Of a stretch of DNA of 64,000 nucleotides, positions 1 through 10,338 are shown one piece after another (position 1 is the stretch's first letter; the number at the start of each line of letters is the position of its first letter). The stretch comes from Myxococcales bacterium. Lineage in GTDB: Bacteria > Myxococcota_A > UBA9042 > JABWCM01 > BTVJ01. The DNA lies in assembly GCA_045863395.1 (NCBI GenBank), contig BTVJ01000005.1, forward strand, positions 32,001 through 96,000, in the 5' to 3' direction. Under the pieces are notes generated by a model. It did not search any database. It was not told the DNA's origin and was given only the letters and a program-made list of their open reading frames with translations. The translations under genes and the position numbers were made by a program.

Positions 1-2362
1 ACGAGCAAGGCCTGCAGCACTTGAACTCCTCGATGCAATAGACCGACCCCGTGCACGACTGGTAGTAGCCGACCATGAAATAGCCGTCGCCGTTGCACGT
101 GCCCCAGTTGGGGCTGTCGAAGGTCCCCCAGTGGTTGTGGTTGTAGCAGTCGCACCACGCGGTCGCCTTGCCGTAGAACGTGCCCGTGACGTGCAGGTCC
201 ACGTTGGCGCCGTTGCCACCGATCCAGACCCGGTGCGTGGAGAGGCTCGAGTTTCCCCGCCCATAGCCCGCCAGGTAGACGGCGTTCTTGTCCCACCCGT
301 GGTAGGTTCCGATCATGTGGTGGCTGTAGCCACCGTAGGCCGAGCTGAACACCCCGTCGAAACCCTGCACCTGGGCGTGGGGGAAGGTCGCGGTCCCGCC
401 CGTGGAGAGCTCGCTCTCCACGCGGGCGTTGCCGTTGACGTGGAGCTTGTACCCAGGGCTGTTGGTGCCCACCCCGAGGGAGCCGTAGACCGCGACCCGC
501 CCGTCGTCGAGGCGGATCTGCATCACGGAGGTGGTGGTGGTGGTTCCCTCCGGGCCTGCCTCGCTCCACTGCTGGAAGCCCGCCCCGTCGCGGCGGGTGA
601 AGTGGAAGGTGTTGGGGCCGTTGTCGTGGTAGATACCCCAGGAGTGGTAGGGCCCGAAGTCCGCGAAGAGGCGCGTGTTGCCCTCCCCGGTGACCTGGCG
701 TACTGCGATCTGGCCGCCCGTCACCTCGTGCCACTGCATCCGTGCCGGGCCGTTGACATCGAGCTTCGCCCCGGGACTGGCCGTCCCGATGCCGACGCTC
801 CCGTAGAAGGTGGCGCCACCCGAGTCCAGGTCGATGCGCGCCACCGACGTGGTGGTGGTCGTCCCCTCGGGCCCTGCCTCGCTCCACTGCTGGAAGCCCG
901 CCCCGTCCCTGCGGGTGAAGTGGAGTCGGTTCGGGCCGTTCTCGTGGTAGATGCCCCACGAGTGGTGGGGACCGTAGTCGGCGAAGATGCGCGTGTCGCC
1001 CTCGGCGCTGACCTGTCGCACGGCGATCTGCCCCGCCGTGACCTCGTGGCGCAGCATGGTCGCGACGCCGCTCACCGCGAGGCTCCCCGTGATGGCGCTG
1101 TTCGCCCCCGCGAGGACGCCCCCCTCGATGCGCAGGGCCGCCGTGCCGCTGTTGCTGTGGATGCGCACCTCCGTGTCGCCCTCGGTGCGGATCGACGGGA
1201 AGCCCCCCCAGCTCTTGTCGAGCTGGAGGCCGGCGCCCCCTGCTGAGAGGATGCCGGCGAAGACGCCATCGCCAGCGTAGAGGGGGCGCCAGTCCGTGTG
1301 CTCCTGGTTGCGGACCCGCAGGCCCGAGGACACGCGGGTGGTGATCCACCCGTCGTTCTGGTCGTAGAACCCGCCGTCGTCCGAGACGCGCACGAAACAT
1401 CCGGTGGCGTTGGCCGTGCAGGACTGGATGGACCCCGACAGGCTCAAGTTGCCGCTCAGGGTGGGGTTGGCCTCGATCTCCGCCCCCGCGACGCACCCGG
1501 AGCAGGCGAGGTCGGTTGCCGCCCCGCCTTTGGTCGCGCTCCCGGCGTAGTTGAAGGCTACGTCGGCCGACCCGACGGACCCGTCGGTGATGTGGCCCGA
1601 CGTGATCGCGTTGGCGGCGAGGTCGGTGCCGCCGACGCACCCGGAGCAAGCGAGATCGGCCGCAGCCCCCCCTTTGGAGGTGCCGGCAGCCCAGGCGAAG
1701 TCCACCTCCCCCGTGGAGACGCACGTGGTGCAGGCCACGTCCGAGGCACCCCCGCCCTTGGTGGCGCTCCCGGCGTAGTTGAAGGACACCTCCGTCTCGG
1801 CGACGCAGCCCGAGCACGCCAGATCGGCGGCCGGCCCGCCCTTCGAGCCGCTGCCAGCGTAGTTGAAGCCGGCCTTGGCGGAGGTCACGGCACCGTCGGC
1901 CAGGTGGGCGGCAGAGACGACGCCCGGACCGATGGCGAGCCCCGAGATGCACCCGGTGCAGCTCACGGCGCTTGCCGTGTCCGCCGACGCTGCGTGCCGC
2001 GCCTCGAAGGCATAGGCGGAGCTGAGCAGGCGCTGGCGGGGGAGCGGCGCCTCGGCGCCCACCTGGGTCTCCAGCCACAGGGAGGGGTTCGCCTCGAACA
2101 GGTTGGCAGGCGACACGGAGAGCTGCGCGGCGAAGACGCCGTCGGCCACCACGACGCCGCTGAGCGCCTGGGTCCACAGCGCGGCCCCGCCCGTCTCCGC
2201 GGCGAACAGCCGGAAGGTCACGGTGTACGTCCCGTTGGCCGGGCTCCCGCCCGCCGTGGTGAAGGTGCCCTGCACCTGCATGAGCGAGGGCACGTCGGCG
2301 GACGCCGAGCCCAGGAGCGCAAGCGACGCCAGGAGACCGAGGAGCCAGGAGGAGCGCGACAT
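1..2362 (-). CDS. Secreted fibre/adhesin-like protein (~787 aa; 3' end reaches the window edge)
   Basis: Not in the ORF track; translated by hand. ATG at 2362 with GAGGTGG RBS, signal peptide MSRSSWLLGLLASLALLGSASA-DVP, N-terminal domain ending LPRQRLLSSAYAFEA, five CxxC repeats, two G(S)xG(I/V)GTxSPGxKLxVNG fibre motifs, Cys-rich end ...YCIEEFKCCRPCS. Base 1 is the T of the next codon, possibly the stop. Confidence 0.85.
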   Translation of the reverse strand, partial: MSRSSWLLGLLASLALLGSASADVPSLMQVQGTFTTAGGSPANGTYTVTFRLFAAETGGAALWTQALSGVVVADGVFAAQLSVSPANLFEANPSLWLETQVGAEAPLPRQRLLSSAYAFEARHAASADTASAVSCTGCISGLAIGPGVVSAAHLADGAVTSAKAGFNYAGSGSKGGPAADLACSGCVAETEVSFNYAGSATKGGGASDVACTTCVSTGEVDFAWAAGTSKGGAAADLACSGCVGGTDLAANAITSGHITDGSVGSADVAFNYAGSATKGGAATDLACSGCVAGAEIEANPTLSGNLSLSGSIQSCTANATGCFVRVSDDGGFYDQNDGWITTRVSSGLRVRNQEHTDWRPLYAGDGVFAGILSAGGAGLQLDKSWGGFPSIRTEGDTEVRIHSNSGTAALRIEGGVLAGANSAITGSLAVSGVATMLRHEVTAGQIAVRQVSAEGDTRIFADYGPHHSWGIYHENGPNRLHFTRRDGAGFQQWSEAGPEGTTTTTSVARIDLDSGGATFYGSVGIGTASPGAKLDVNGPARMQWHEVTGGQIAVRQVTGEGNTRLFADFGPYHSWGIYHDNGPNTFHFTRRDGAGFQQWSEAGPEGTTTTTSVMQIRLDDGRVAVYGSLGVGTNSPGYKLHVNGNARVESELSTGGTATFPHAQVQGFDGVFSSAYGGYSHHMIGTYHGWDKNAVYLAGYGRGNSSLSTHRVWIGGNGANVDLHVTGTFYGKATAWCDCYNHNHWGTFDSPNWGTCNGDGYFMVGYYQSCTGSVYCIEEFKCCRPCS
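423..1058 (-). repeat. In-frame tandem duplication of a ~318-bp (106-aa) module inside the fibre gene
   Basis: ctcgctccactgctggaagcccgccccgtc occurs at 560 and 878 (offset 318). Both copies encode HEVTxGQIAVRQV...HSWGIYHxNGPN.xHFTRRDGAGFQQWSEAGPEGTTTTTSV. Confidence 0.9.
1490..1963 (-). repeat. Five CxxC-containing peptide repeats (FNYAGSxxKGGxAxDLACSGCV)
   Basis: CxxC motifs near 1946, 1802, 1718, 1634 and 1490; spacings 144/84/84/144 bp. Confidence 0.9.
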
Positions 2363-2619
2363 CGTCCACCTCGACGGTTGGGGCAGCGTGGGGCGAATCC
2401 TATTCCTCCTGCTCCGGCGGCCGCAAGGGGGCGCGAGGCAGGCGCCACCATCCTGCTCTGCGGGCGTATCTGCGGCAGCTCGGGAGAGCCACTGCGAGTC
2501 AGCCGTCGGTTTCATCCCCGCCGGCACGGCCATGGACCCGACCCGGCCAGGTTGCGCAGCCAGGGCCCCAGGGATATCGTCCGCAGGCGAGGCGGACGCC
2601 CCGCCGCAGGAGGAGCCAC

Positions 2620-4281
<1,662 letters not shown>

Positions 4282-4623
4282 ACGAGCGCCGTGCGGTTGT
4301 CACATCTCCGGATGAAGACGGCGCCCCCGGATCCATTGCGAGCGACGAGGTCGCAGGCCCCGTCCAGGGTGGGGGCGACCACCACACGACGTCTTCGTTG
4401 CCCGCCGCGGACTGCGCGCTGCTCTTCCAGCACCTGGCCGCAGCCCTCCGTCCTCGTCGCGCCCGCAGACCCCAGACGCTCGGAGCGCACGCGCGGTGTG
4501 AGCGGCCCGGTGCTCGCCCAGCAGCAACGAGCCAAGCCCATCACTGGACATAGCCCGCAAGATCACCACAATTGCGCGGACGCGGCCCTGGTGGCCGCGC
4601 GCCCTGAAGCACTGGAGGCTCCG

Positions 4624-5949
4624 ATGGCAGACGCCCGCGGCAACAGCACGCACGCACCCGGCGGCGCCGACCTGCTCGCGGTGGGCTTCGGCATGTCCGT
4701 TGCCATGTGGGCGCTCGGCTACGTGGGGCGTCTCCCCGGGGTTGAGGCGCCCGGACCGCTCCTCGCTGTCGGGTTCGTTGCAGTCCTGGTGGCGGGCGGG
4801 CACCTCATCGGCCGCGCCACCCGCCGTGGCGCGCTCGGTGGTGCGCTGGCCGGAGCCCTGACCGCAACGTTGAACCTCCTCGTCGTCCTGAGCCTCGTCC
4901 GCTCGGACACCACTCCCCACGCGCCCTTCTCCCTCGCCAGCATCCCTGCCACCGTGCTCGGCACGGCCCTCGTGACGGCGGCCGCCGCGGCGTGGGGGGC
5001 GCGGACCCCCTCCCCCTCCACGCCGAACTGGACCGGCCGCTTCGCCGGCGTCGCCGCCGCGGCCACGCTGCTGCTCATCGGCGCGGGGGGCCTCGTCACG
5101 GGCCGCGAGGCTGGCCTGAGTGTCCCGGACTGGCCCGCCTCCTTCGGCAGCAACATGTTCCTCTACCCCCTCGCCCGCATGACTGGGAATATCTACTACG
5201 AGCACACCCACCGTCTCTACGGCTCGCTGGTGGGGCTCACGACCTTCGCGCTGGCCATCCACCTCTGGCGCGTGGACAGCCGCCGGTGGCTCCGCGCGCT
5301 CGCGCTCGCGGCAGTAGTCGGGGTCGTGGCGCAGGGCTCCCTCGGGGGCCTGCGCGTCACGCTTGCAGACGCCGGAGGAGGCGTCCACACGGCGCTCGCC
5401 CACCACGAGACCACCATCTCGGCGACCCTCCGCGTGGCCCACGGAGTGCTCGGCCAGGTGTTCTTCGGGGTCATCGTGCTCCTCGCAGCGGCCACCTCCA
5501 GGGCCTGGCGCGCTGCGCCGGGCGTGGTCGCCAGCCTGGACCGGAGCCTCGCCCTCGCCCTCGTCTACGCGCTCGTCGGACAGCTCCTGCTTGGCGCGCT
5601 GCTCCGGCACCTGGCGGTGGACGCCATCTACCACATCGGCGCGGCGGGCGTCGTGACCCTCCTGGCGCTGTTCGCAGGAACGCGCGCGTGGGCGCTCCAC
5701 ACCTCCCCGCCGCTGCGCGCGTCGGGGGTCGCGGTGCTCCTGCTCGTGACGCTCCAGGTGCTGCTCGGGGTGGGCGCGTGGGTGGCGGTGTCCCTGTCGC
5801 CTCCGCACGACCCCACCACCTTCGACGCGCTGATCACCACCGCCCACCAGACCAACGGCGCCGCACTGCTCGCGGGCGCGGTCCTGGTCGCCGCCTTCAC
5901 CCACCTGCCCCAGGCCGTCCCCACCCAGGCACCCGCTGCCCTGGCCTGA
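4624..5949 (+). CDS. ctaA: Heme A synthase (COX15/CtaA family) with N-terminal membrane extension
   Basis: GGLVTGREAGLSVPDWP, YEHTHR, QGSLGGLRV and three further membrane His residues (AHG, YHI, AHQ). Start placed at ATG 4624 after GGAGG. Confidence 0.8.
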   Translation: MADARGNSTHAPGGADLLAVGFGMSVAMWALGYVGRLPGVEAPGPLLAVGFVAVLVAGGHLIGRATRRGALGGALAGALTATLNLLVVLSLVRSDTTPHAPFSLASIPATVLGTALVTAAAAAWGARTPSPSTPNWTGRFAGVAAAATLLLIGAGGLVTGREAGLSVPDWPASFGSNMFLYPLARMTGNIYYEHTHRLYGSLVGLTTFALAIHLWRVDSRRWLRALALAAVVGVVAQGSLGGLRVTLADAGGGVHTALAHHETTISATLRVAHGVLGQVFFGVIVLLAAATSRAWRAAPGVVASLDRSLALALVYALVGQLLLGALLRHLAVDAIYHIGAAGVVTLLALFAGTRAWALHTSPPLRASGVAVLLLVTLQVLLGVGAWVAVSLSPPHDPTTFDALITTAHQTNGAALLAGAVLVAAFTHLPQAVPTQAPAALA

Positions 5950-6129
5950 ACTCGGGCCCTCACCAAGACGGGCACGTCCCGGAGACCAGCCCCTCAGGCG
6001 CGTGCCTTGTCGCTGCAAGGGAGGAGGCGGGAGCGGTGCGCCGGTGGCCCACCGTGCGGACGCGCAAACAGGGTCTGCCACAGACAGGAGGGAATTCGCC
6101 CCGCTCACGGGACAGAGCTTCCGAGGAAT

Positions 6130-7026
6130 CTACCAGGTGAGCCCGACGGATGCGGAGCCGCCGATCTCGAACAGCGCCTCGGGGTCGCCCCCGCTGGCGC
6201 CGTACATGCTGATCCCGACGCGCGGCCCGCGGAGCTCGGCGACGATGGCGGAGGTTCCCAGGCAGGCGGCGACTCGAAACCCGACCACCTCCAGGCCCGC
6301 CGACAGGCGCAGGATCACGTCTTCTCCAGACGGGAAGTACAGACCGAGCACCGTGTCCACGGCCGGAAGCGACAGCCAGGCCGTCACGCTGCCAGCCTGG
6401 AACAGTTGGACTGCGTCGTAGTATCGGAAGAAGGAGCCGCCGAGCTCCACGCCGTCCGTGCCGTTGTCGGACCCGATGCGAGAGTACCCGAGGACGAAGC
6501 CCGCCAGGTCGTCGCCGATGTAGCCGAGCACCTCTGTGAGCAAGCCCGTGGCACCCGAGTCGAGCAGCTTGACCTCGCTGAGGCGTACGACCACAGCGCC
6601 GACGGAGGGGTCGGGGGGCACCGGCGGCGGCGGCGGCACGATGGGCCGGAGCTGCTGACCGCCTGCGCCGAAGTAGGGCAAGTCGGCGCCGGGAACCTCA
6701 ACGACGCCCCCGCCCGCCGCGGGGGCAATGCCCGTCACGGGACCGCCCTGAAGCGTACCAGCCAGCCCCCCACCGAGCTGGGCCCGCACGGCCTCGAGCT
6801 CCTTCACCCGCGCCTGGAGGGCAGCGACCTCCGCCGCGGAAGCCCCCCGCATCTGCGCCTTGGCCAGAGCTGCGTAGGCGGCCTCGATCTGCCCGTCCAC
6901 CGCGCTCGAAGAGGGGACCTCGGCAGCGGGCGCCGACCTGGCCCCCTGGAAGGCCGCCCCACACCCGCCTCCCACGACCCCCAGGATGGACGCTGCCGTC
7001 CAAAGAGCTGTCGTCTGGACTCTCAT
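6130..7026 (-). CDS. Putative lipoprotein with coiled coil, Pro-rich linker and C-terminal beta-barrel-like domain
   Basis: ATGA overlap with the upstream gene. Signal peptide ends VGGGC; PIVPPPPPVPPDP linker; alternating-hydrophobic strands ending FEIGGSASVGLTW. Confidence 0.7.
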   Translation of the reverse strand: MRVQTTALWTAASILGVVGGGCGAAFQGARSAPAAEVPSSSAVDGQIEAAYAALAKAQMRGASAAEVAALQARVKELEAVRAQLGGGLAGTLQGGPVTGIAPAAGGGVVEVPGADLPYFGAGGQQLRPIVPPPPPVPPDPSVGAVVVRLSEVKLLDSGATGLLTEVLGYIGDDLAGFVLGYSRIGSDNGTDGVELGGSFFRYYDAVQLFQAGSVTAWLSLPAVDTVLGLYFPSGEDVILRLSAGLEVVGFRVAACLGTSAIVAELRGPRVGISMYGASGGDPEALFEIGGSASVGLTW

Positions 7027-8129
7027 GGCGCTGCCGTCCCTCCCCTGAATGCCGCGACGAAGGCGTCGGCACCGCTGCGGATCAGCTCCAGCCGCTGAGA
7101 CTGGTACGGGTCGGCGCCAGCGCCGACCGAGCTGCTGACGGTGTCCTCGGCGCTGTACGTCGGCATCGTCACGGGCGCGGCCACCACGGGGACCTTGGGA
7201 GCCACGGGCGCCCACTGGGCCCCCGGATACCGTCCGAAGAGGAAGTTCATCCCCTTCGTGTCGCTGATGGGGAAGGTCTGGGCGCGGCGAAAGAACCACA
7301 CCGACTGCCCCGTTGCCGGGAGGACGGCCGTCACGTCGATGATCGCGGAGAGCGCCGTCACCTGGTCGGCCCCGACGCGGCTCTGCATCACCCCACGCGC
7401 GAAGGACTGGAACTGCGACCGGGTCACGTCGTCCAGAGGCAGCGGTGCCAGCGGCGCGCCCGCCTCGTCGGATGCGAAGTACTTGAACGTCCCTGCGACG
7501 CTGGAGCCGGCGCGGATATCGCCCGCCTCCAGGCTGTTGAACACGAAGATGATGTCCGCCCCGAGCTGAGCCCCCGCGCTGTAGGTGGAGATGCCCTTCT
7601 CTCGCTCCAGCTTCCACAGCGCGTCCCAAGACATGACCTTGAGGTTGGCCTGGACCAGCGCCTTCTCGATCTCGCCCAGCCACGGGCCGCACTGGGTCTG
7701 CAGGATGGTCTGGCTCTGGGCAGCCATGCCGCTGACCTTGCCGGCGGTCTCGTTCAGGCACGAGTCGGGCAGGCGGATGGCCGCGGTCTTGTAGGTACCG
7801 CGTCCCTGGTCGTAGGTGTCCGTGGCCTTGACCTCGTCAGCGGGAGCCTTGGCGTACTCGCCACCCACGGAGAAAGACACGAGCACATACTCGGCCTTGA
7901 TCTCGGGTGGTGGCGGTTGAGGCGGGACGCAGCGAGGCAGCCCCTGCGAGCAGGCGAGGGAAGCCGTTGCGAGCGCCGCGGCCGAGGTCGCCAGGAGGGT
8001 CCGCCCGAGGGCAGTCCGCCAACGTTCGGCGACCGAGAGCGTGGGCCCGTGCGCATGACAGCCTCGCGATGCCTCGTCCGAGGGCATCGGCGGCGCGAGG
8101 TGAGCGGGCACTCCATTGGTTCGCTTCAT
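7023..8129 (-). CDS. Lipoprotein, possibly CsgG/FlgT/LpoB-like fold (start uncertain, may lie further downstream)
   Basis: Lipobox SLAC. EIEKALVQANLKV...GAQLGADIIFV...TGQSVWF pattern. Strong GC3 codon bias. Confidence 0.7.
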   Translation of the reverse strand: MKRTNGVPAHLAPPMPSDEASRGCHAHGPTLSVAERWRTALGRTLLATSAAALATASLACSQGLPRCVPPQPPPPEIKAEYVLVSFSVGGEYAKAPADEVKATDTYDQGRGTYKTAAIRLPDSCLNETAGKVSGMAAQSQTILQTQCGPWLGEIEKALVQANLKVMSWDALWKLEREKGISTYSAGAQLGADIIFVFNSLEAGDIRAGSSVAGTFKYFASDEAGAPLAPLPLDDVTRSQFQSFARGVMQSRVGADQVTALSAIIDVTAVLPATGQSVWFFRRAQTFPISDTKGMNFLFGRYPGAQWAPVAPKVPVVAAPVTMPTYSAEDTVSSSVGAGADPYQSQRLELIRSGADAFVAAFRGGTAAP

Positions 8130-8137
8130 GGTGATCG

Positions 8138-8167
8138 ATGGTAGGTGGGGGCGCAACCCGGTGTCAA
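8138..8167 (-). promoter_or_regulatory. Sigma70-type promoter for the lipoprotein pair
   Basis: TTGACA-18 nt-TACCAT. Confidence 0.6.
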
Positions 8168-8273
8168 CAAATGACTCCGATGCGAGGGTAGGCTCCCGGT
8201 CGGGCCCTGCTGCCTCTCCGTGGAGAGCGGGCCAACGCCCAGCCGCGATCAGCGGCTCCCCAGGGGGCGTCGC

Positions 8274-9236
8274 TCACAGCCGCCGCCCCACCTTGACCCG
8301 GCTCTCGCCCATGCCCGCCAGGTACACTGCGGTCGCGATGGACAGGAACTTGGACTCGGCGGTGTCGGCGCGTGACGTGAGCACGACCGGCGCGGACGCT
8401 CCCAGCAGGACACCGGCGATTCGGCCGCCAGCGAAGTAGACGAAGCTCTTCACGAGGATGTTGCCGGCCTCCACGTCGGGCACGAGCAGCACGTCCGCCT
8501 TGCCGGCCACCGGGTTGTCGATGCCCTTCTCGCGGGCGGCCCGCTCGCTGACCGCGTTGTCGAGCGCGAAGGGCCCCTCGACGACGCCGTGCTCGAACTG
8601 CCCGCGGTAGCTCATGTGGCTGAGGATGGCCGCGTCTTGCGTGGCGGGCATCTTCGGGTTGACCAGCTCAACGGCGGCGAGAGCGGCGACCTTGGGCTGT
8701 TCGACGCCCAAAGAGAGCGCCACCTCGATGGCATTGCGGGCGATCTGCGCCTTGGCCTCGAAGTCGGGCGCGATGTTCATGGCGCCGTCGGTGACCAGCA
8801 GCAGGCGGTCACCCTCCGATACTGCCGATGGGCCACGTATTTCCAGGATGAAGACGTGACTGAGAAGGCGCTTCGTTCGCAATCCCCCCTCCCGAGCGAG
8901 AACGGCGCGGAGAAAGTCGTCCGTGTGCAGGCGCCCCTTCATGACGCAGTGGGCGCGCCCCCCGGAGACCAGGCGAACCGCAGCCAGCGCCGCCTCGTCC
9001 GGATCGGGCACGTCCACGAACTCGAAGGGCGCGGTGTCGATGCCGACCTGCGCCGCCAGCTCCCGGGTGCGCGCCTCGTCTCCGACCAGGATCGTCTCCG
9101 CGACGTCGGCATCCTCGGCCTGCCTGCACGCGGCGATGACCGAAGCCATGTCGCCGCACGCCACGGCGATGGTGCGCTTGGGCAGCGTGCGGACGCGGGC
9201 GAGCAGCTCATCGAAGTTCGAGACAGGGTGCGTCAT
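8274..9236 (-). CDS. Phosphate acetyl/butyryltransferase family protein
   Basis: VMKG, TDGAMNIAP, PKVAALAAVE, GPFALDNA, ADVLLVPDVEAGNIL and PVVLTSRAD motifs. Confidence 0.92.
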   Translation of the reverse strand: MTHPVSNFDELLARVRTLPKRTIAVACGDMASVIAACRQAEDADVAETILVGDEARTRELAAQVGIDTAPFEFVDVPDPDEAALAAVRLVSGGRAHCVMKGRLHTDDFLRAVLAREGGLRTKRLLSHVFILEIRGPSAVSEGDRLLLVTDGAMNIAPDFEAKAQIARNAIEVALSLGVEQPKVAALAAVELVNPKMPATQDAAILSHMSYRGQFEHGVVEGPFALDNAVSERAAREKGIDNPVAGKADVLLVPDVEAGNILVKSFVYFAGGRIAGVLLGASAPVVLTSRADTAESKFLSIATAVYLAGMGESRVKVGRRL

Positions 9237-9369
9237 GATGGGCTCCGTCGTGAGTCGTGGCGCGCGAGGTTACCACAAGCACCGCCCCAGGGGGGAAGCA
9301 GGTGATCGCGGCCAGCGTCCACCCGGTCCTCGCACGGGAGGCAAAGCAAGGTGTGGTACACCGACACGT

Positions 9370-10338
9370 TCACGCGGCGATGCAGCACACCGCGTCGCCC
9401 GGATTGACCATGGGGAGGCTCGTGCGGCCCAGCACGATGCCTTCCATGGGCGCGACCAGGGTCGTGCGCTCCTTGCCGAACGGGTTGGAGCTGACGGCGA
9501 CGGGCTCTCCGGCGGACACCCCCTGCCCCAGCCCGACCAGCAGGTCCAGGATGCCGCCCCGGTCGGCGCGCACCCAGGAGGACCGCGACACCACCAAGGG
9601 CTCGCCCGCGACCACCGCTCCGCGGATCATACCCAGGTCGGCCATGACGCTGCGGCAGCCGCGCGCGCCGATGTCGATGCACGGGCGCTGGAACTTGAGC
9701 GGCTCCCCCGCCTCGTAGGTCACCGTGGGGATCCCCGCGGCCGTCGCCGCGTGACGCAGCGAACCACCATGCCCCGCATGCGCCAGGATCACGTCGCACC
9801 CGAACGCCCTTGCCAGGGCTGCAACGCGCGGATCCCGCAGATCGGCGCGCACGTGCGGCAGGTTGTCGCGGCTGCGACCCGCGGTGTGCAGGTCGATGAC
9901 ATAGTCAGCGTGGACGACCAGCTCGGACATGATGCGGTGGGCGACCCGGCTGGCCCCGGACCCTCCCGCCGACCCGGGGAAGTGGCGGTTCAGGTCCCGC
10001 TGGTCCGGCATGGTCCGCGACTGGTGCAGAAAGCCGTACACGTTGGCCACCGGCACCAGGAGCAGGGTCCCCCGCAGCAGGGCCAGCGCATCCTCGTACA
10101 GAAGCGCCCGCACGGTTGCGACGCCATTGAGCTCGTCGCCATGCACGGCGGCGACGATCAGGAGCGTGGGCCCGGGTACCGCCCCCCGGATCACCGTGCA
10201 CGGGATGTGGATCCGCTCCGCCGTGTAGAGCTCTCCGACGTGCAGGTCCACGTCGGTGCGCTCACCAGGGTTCACGGTCACCCCCGCGATGGTGGCGGCC
10301 CCCCAGGCGCTCGGCTCCATGGACGTCTCGTCACTCAT
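9370..10338 (-). CDS. Succinylglutamate desuccinylase/aspartoacylase (M14) family protein
   Basis: HGDELNG, DLNRHFPG, IDLHT and YEAG motifs; C-terminal biotinyl-like domain. Confidence 0.92.
   Translation of the reverse strand: MSDETSMEPSAWGAATIAGVTVNPGERTDVDLHVGELYTAERIHIPCTVIRGAVPGPTLLIVAAVHGDELNGVATVRALLYEDALALLRGTLLLVPVANVYGFLHQSRTMPDQRDLNRHFPGSAGGSGASRVAHRIMSELVVHADYVIDLHTAGRSRDNLPHVRADLRDPRVAALARAFGCDVILAHAGHGGSLRHAATAAGIPTVTYEAGEPLKFQRPCIDIGARGCRSVMADLGMIRGAVVAGEPLVVSRSSWVRADRGGILDLLVGLGQGVSAGEPVAVSSNPFGKERTTLVAPMEGIVLGRTSLPMVNPGDAVCCIAA

Noticed and set aside
423..1058. Repeat pair as a DGR template/variable region
   Set aside because: Both copies are in-frame coding, the differences are mostly synonymous and not adenine-specific, and there is no reverse transcriptase in the window.
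1490..1963. Multiheme cytochrome c
   Set aside because: The motifs are CxxC(V/I), not CxxCH.
4282..4623. Small gene, or N-terminal extension of the heme A synthase, in this 340-bp gap
   Set aside because: No recognisable motif or convincing RBS; the best RBS precedes ATG 4624. A gene remnant cannot be excluded.
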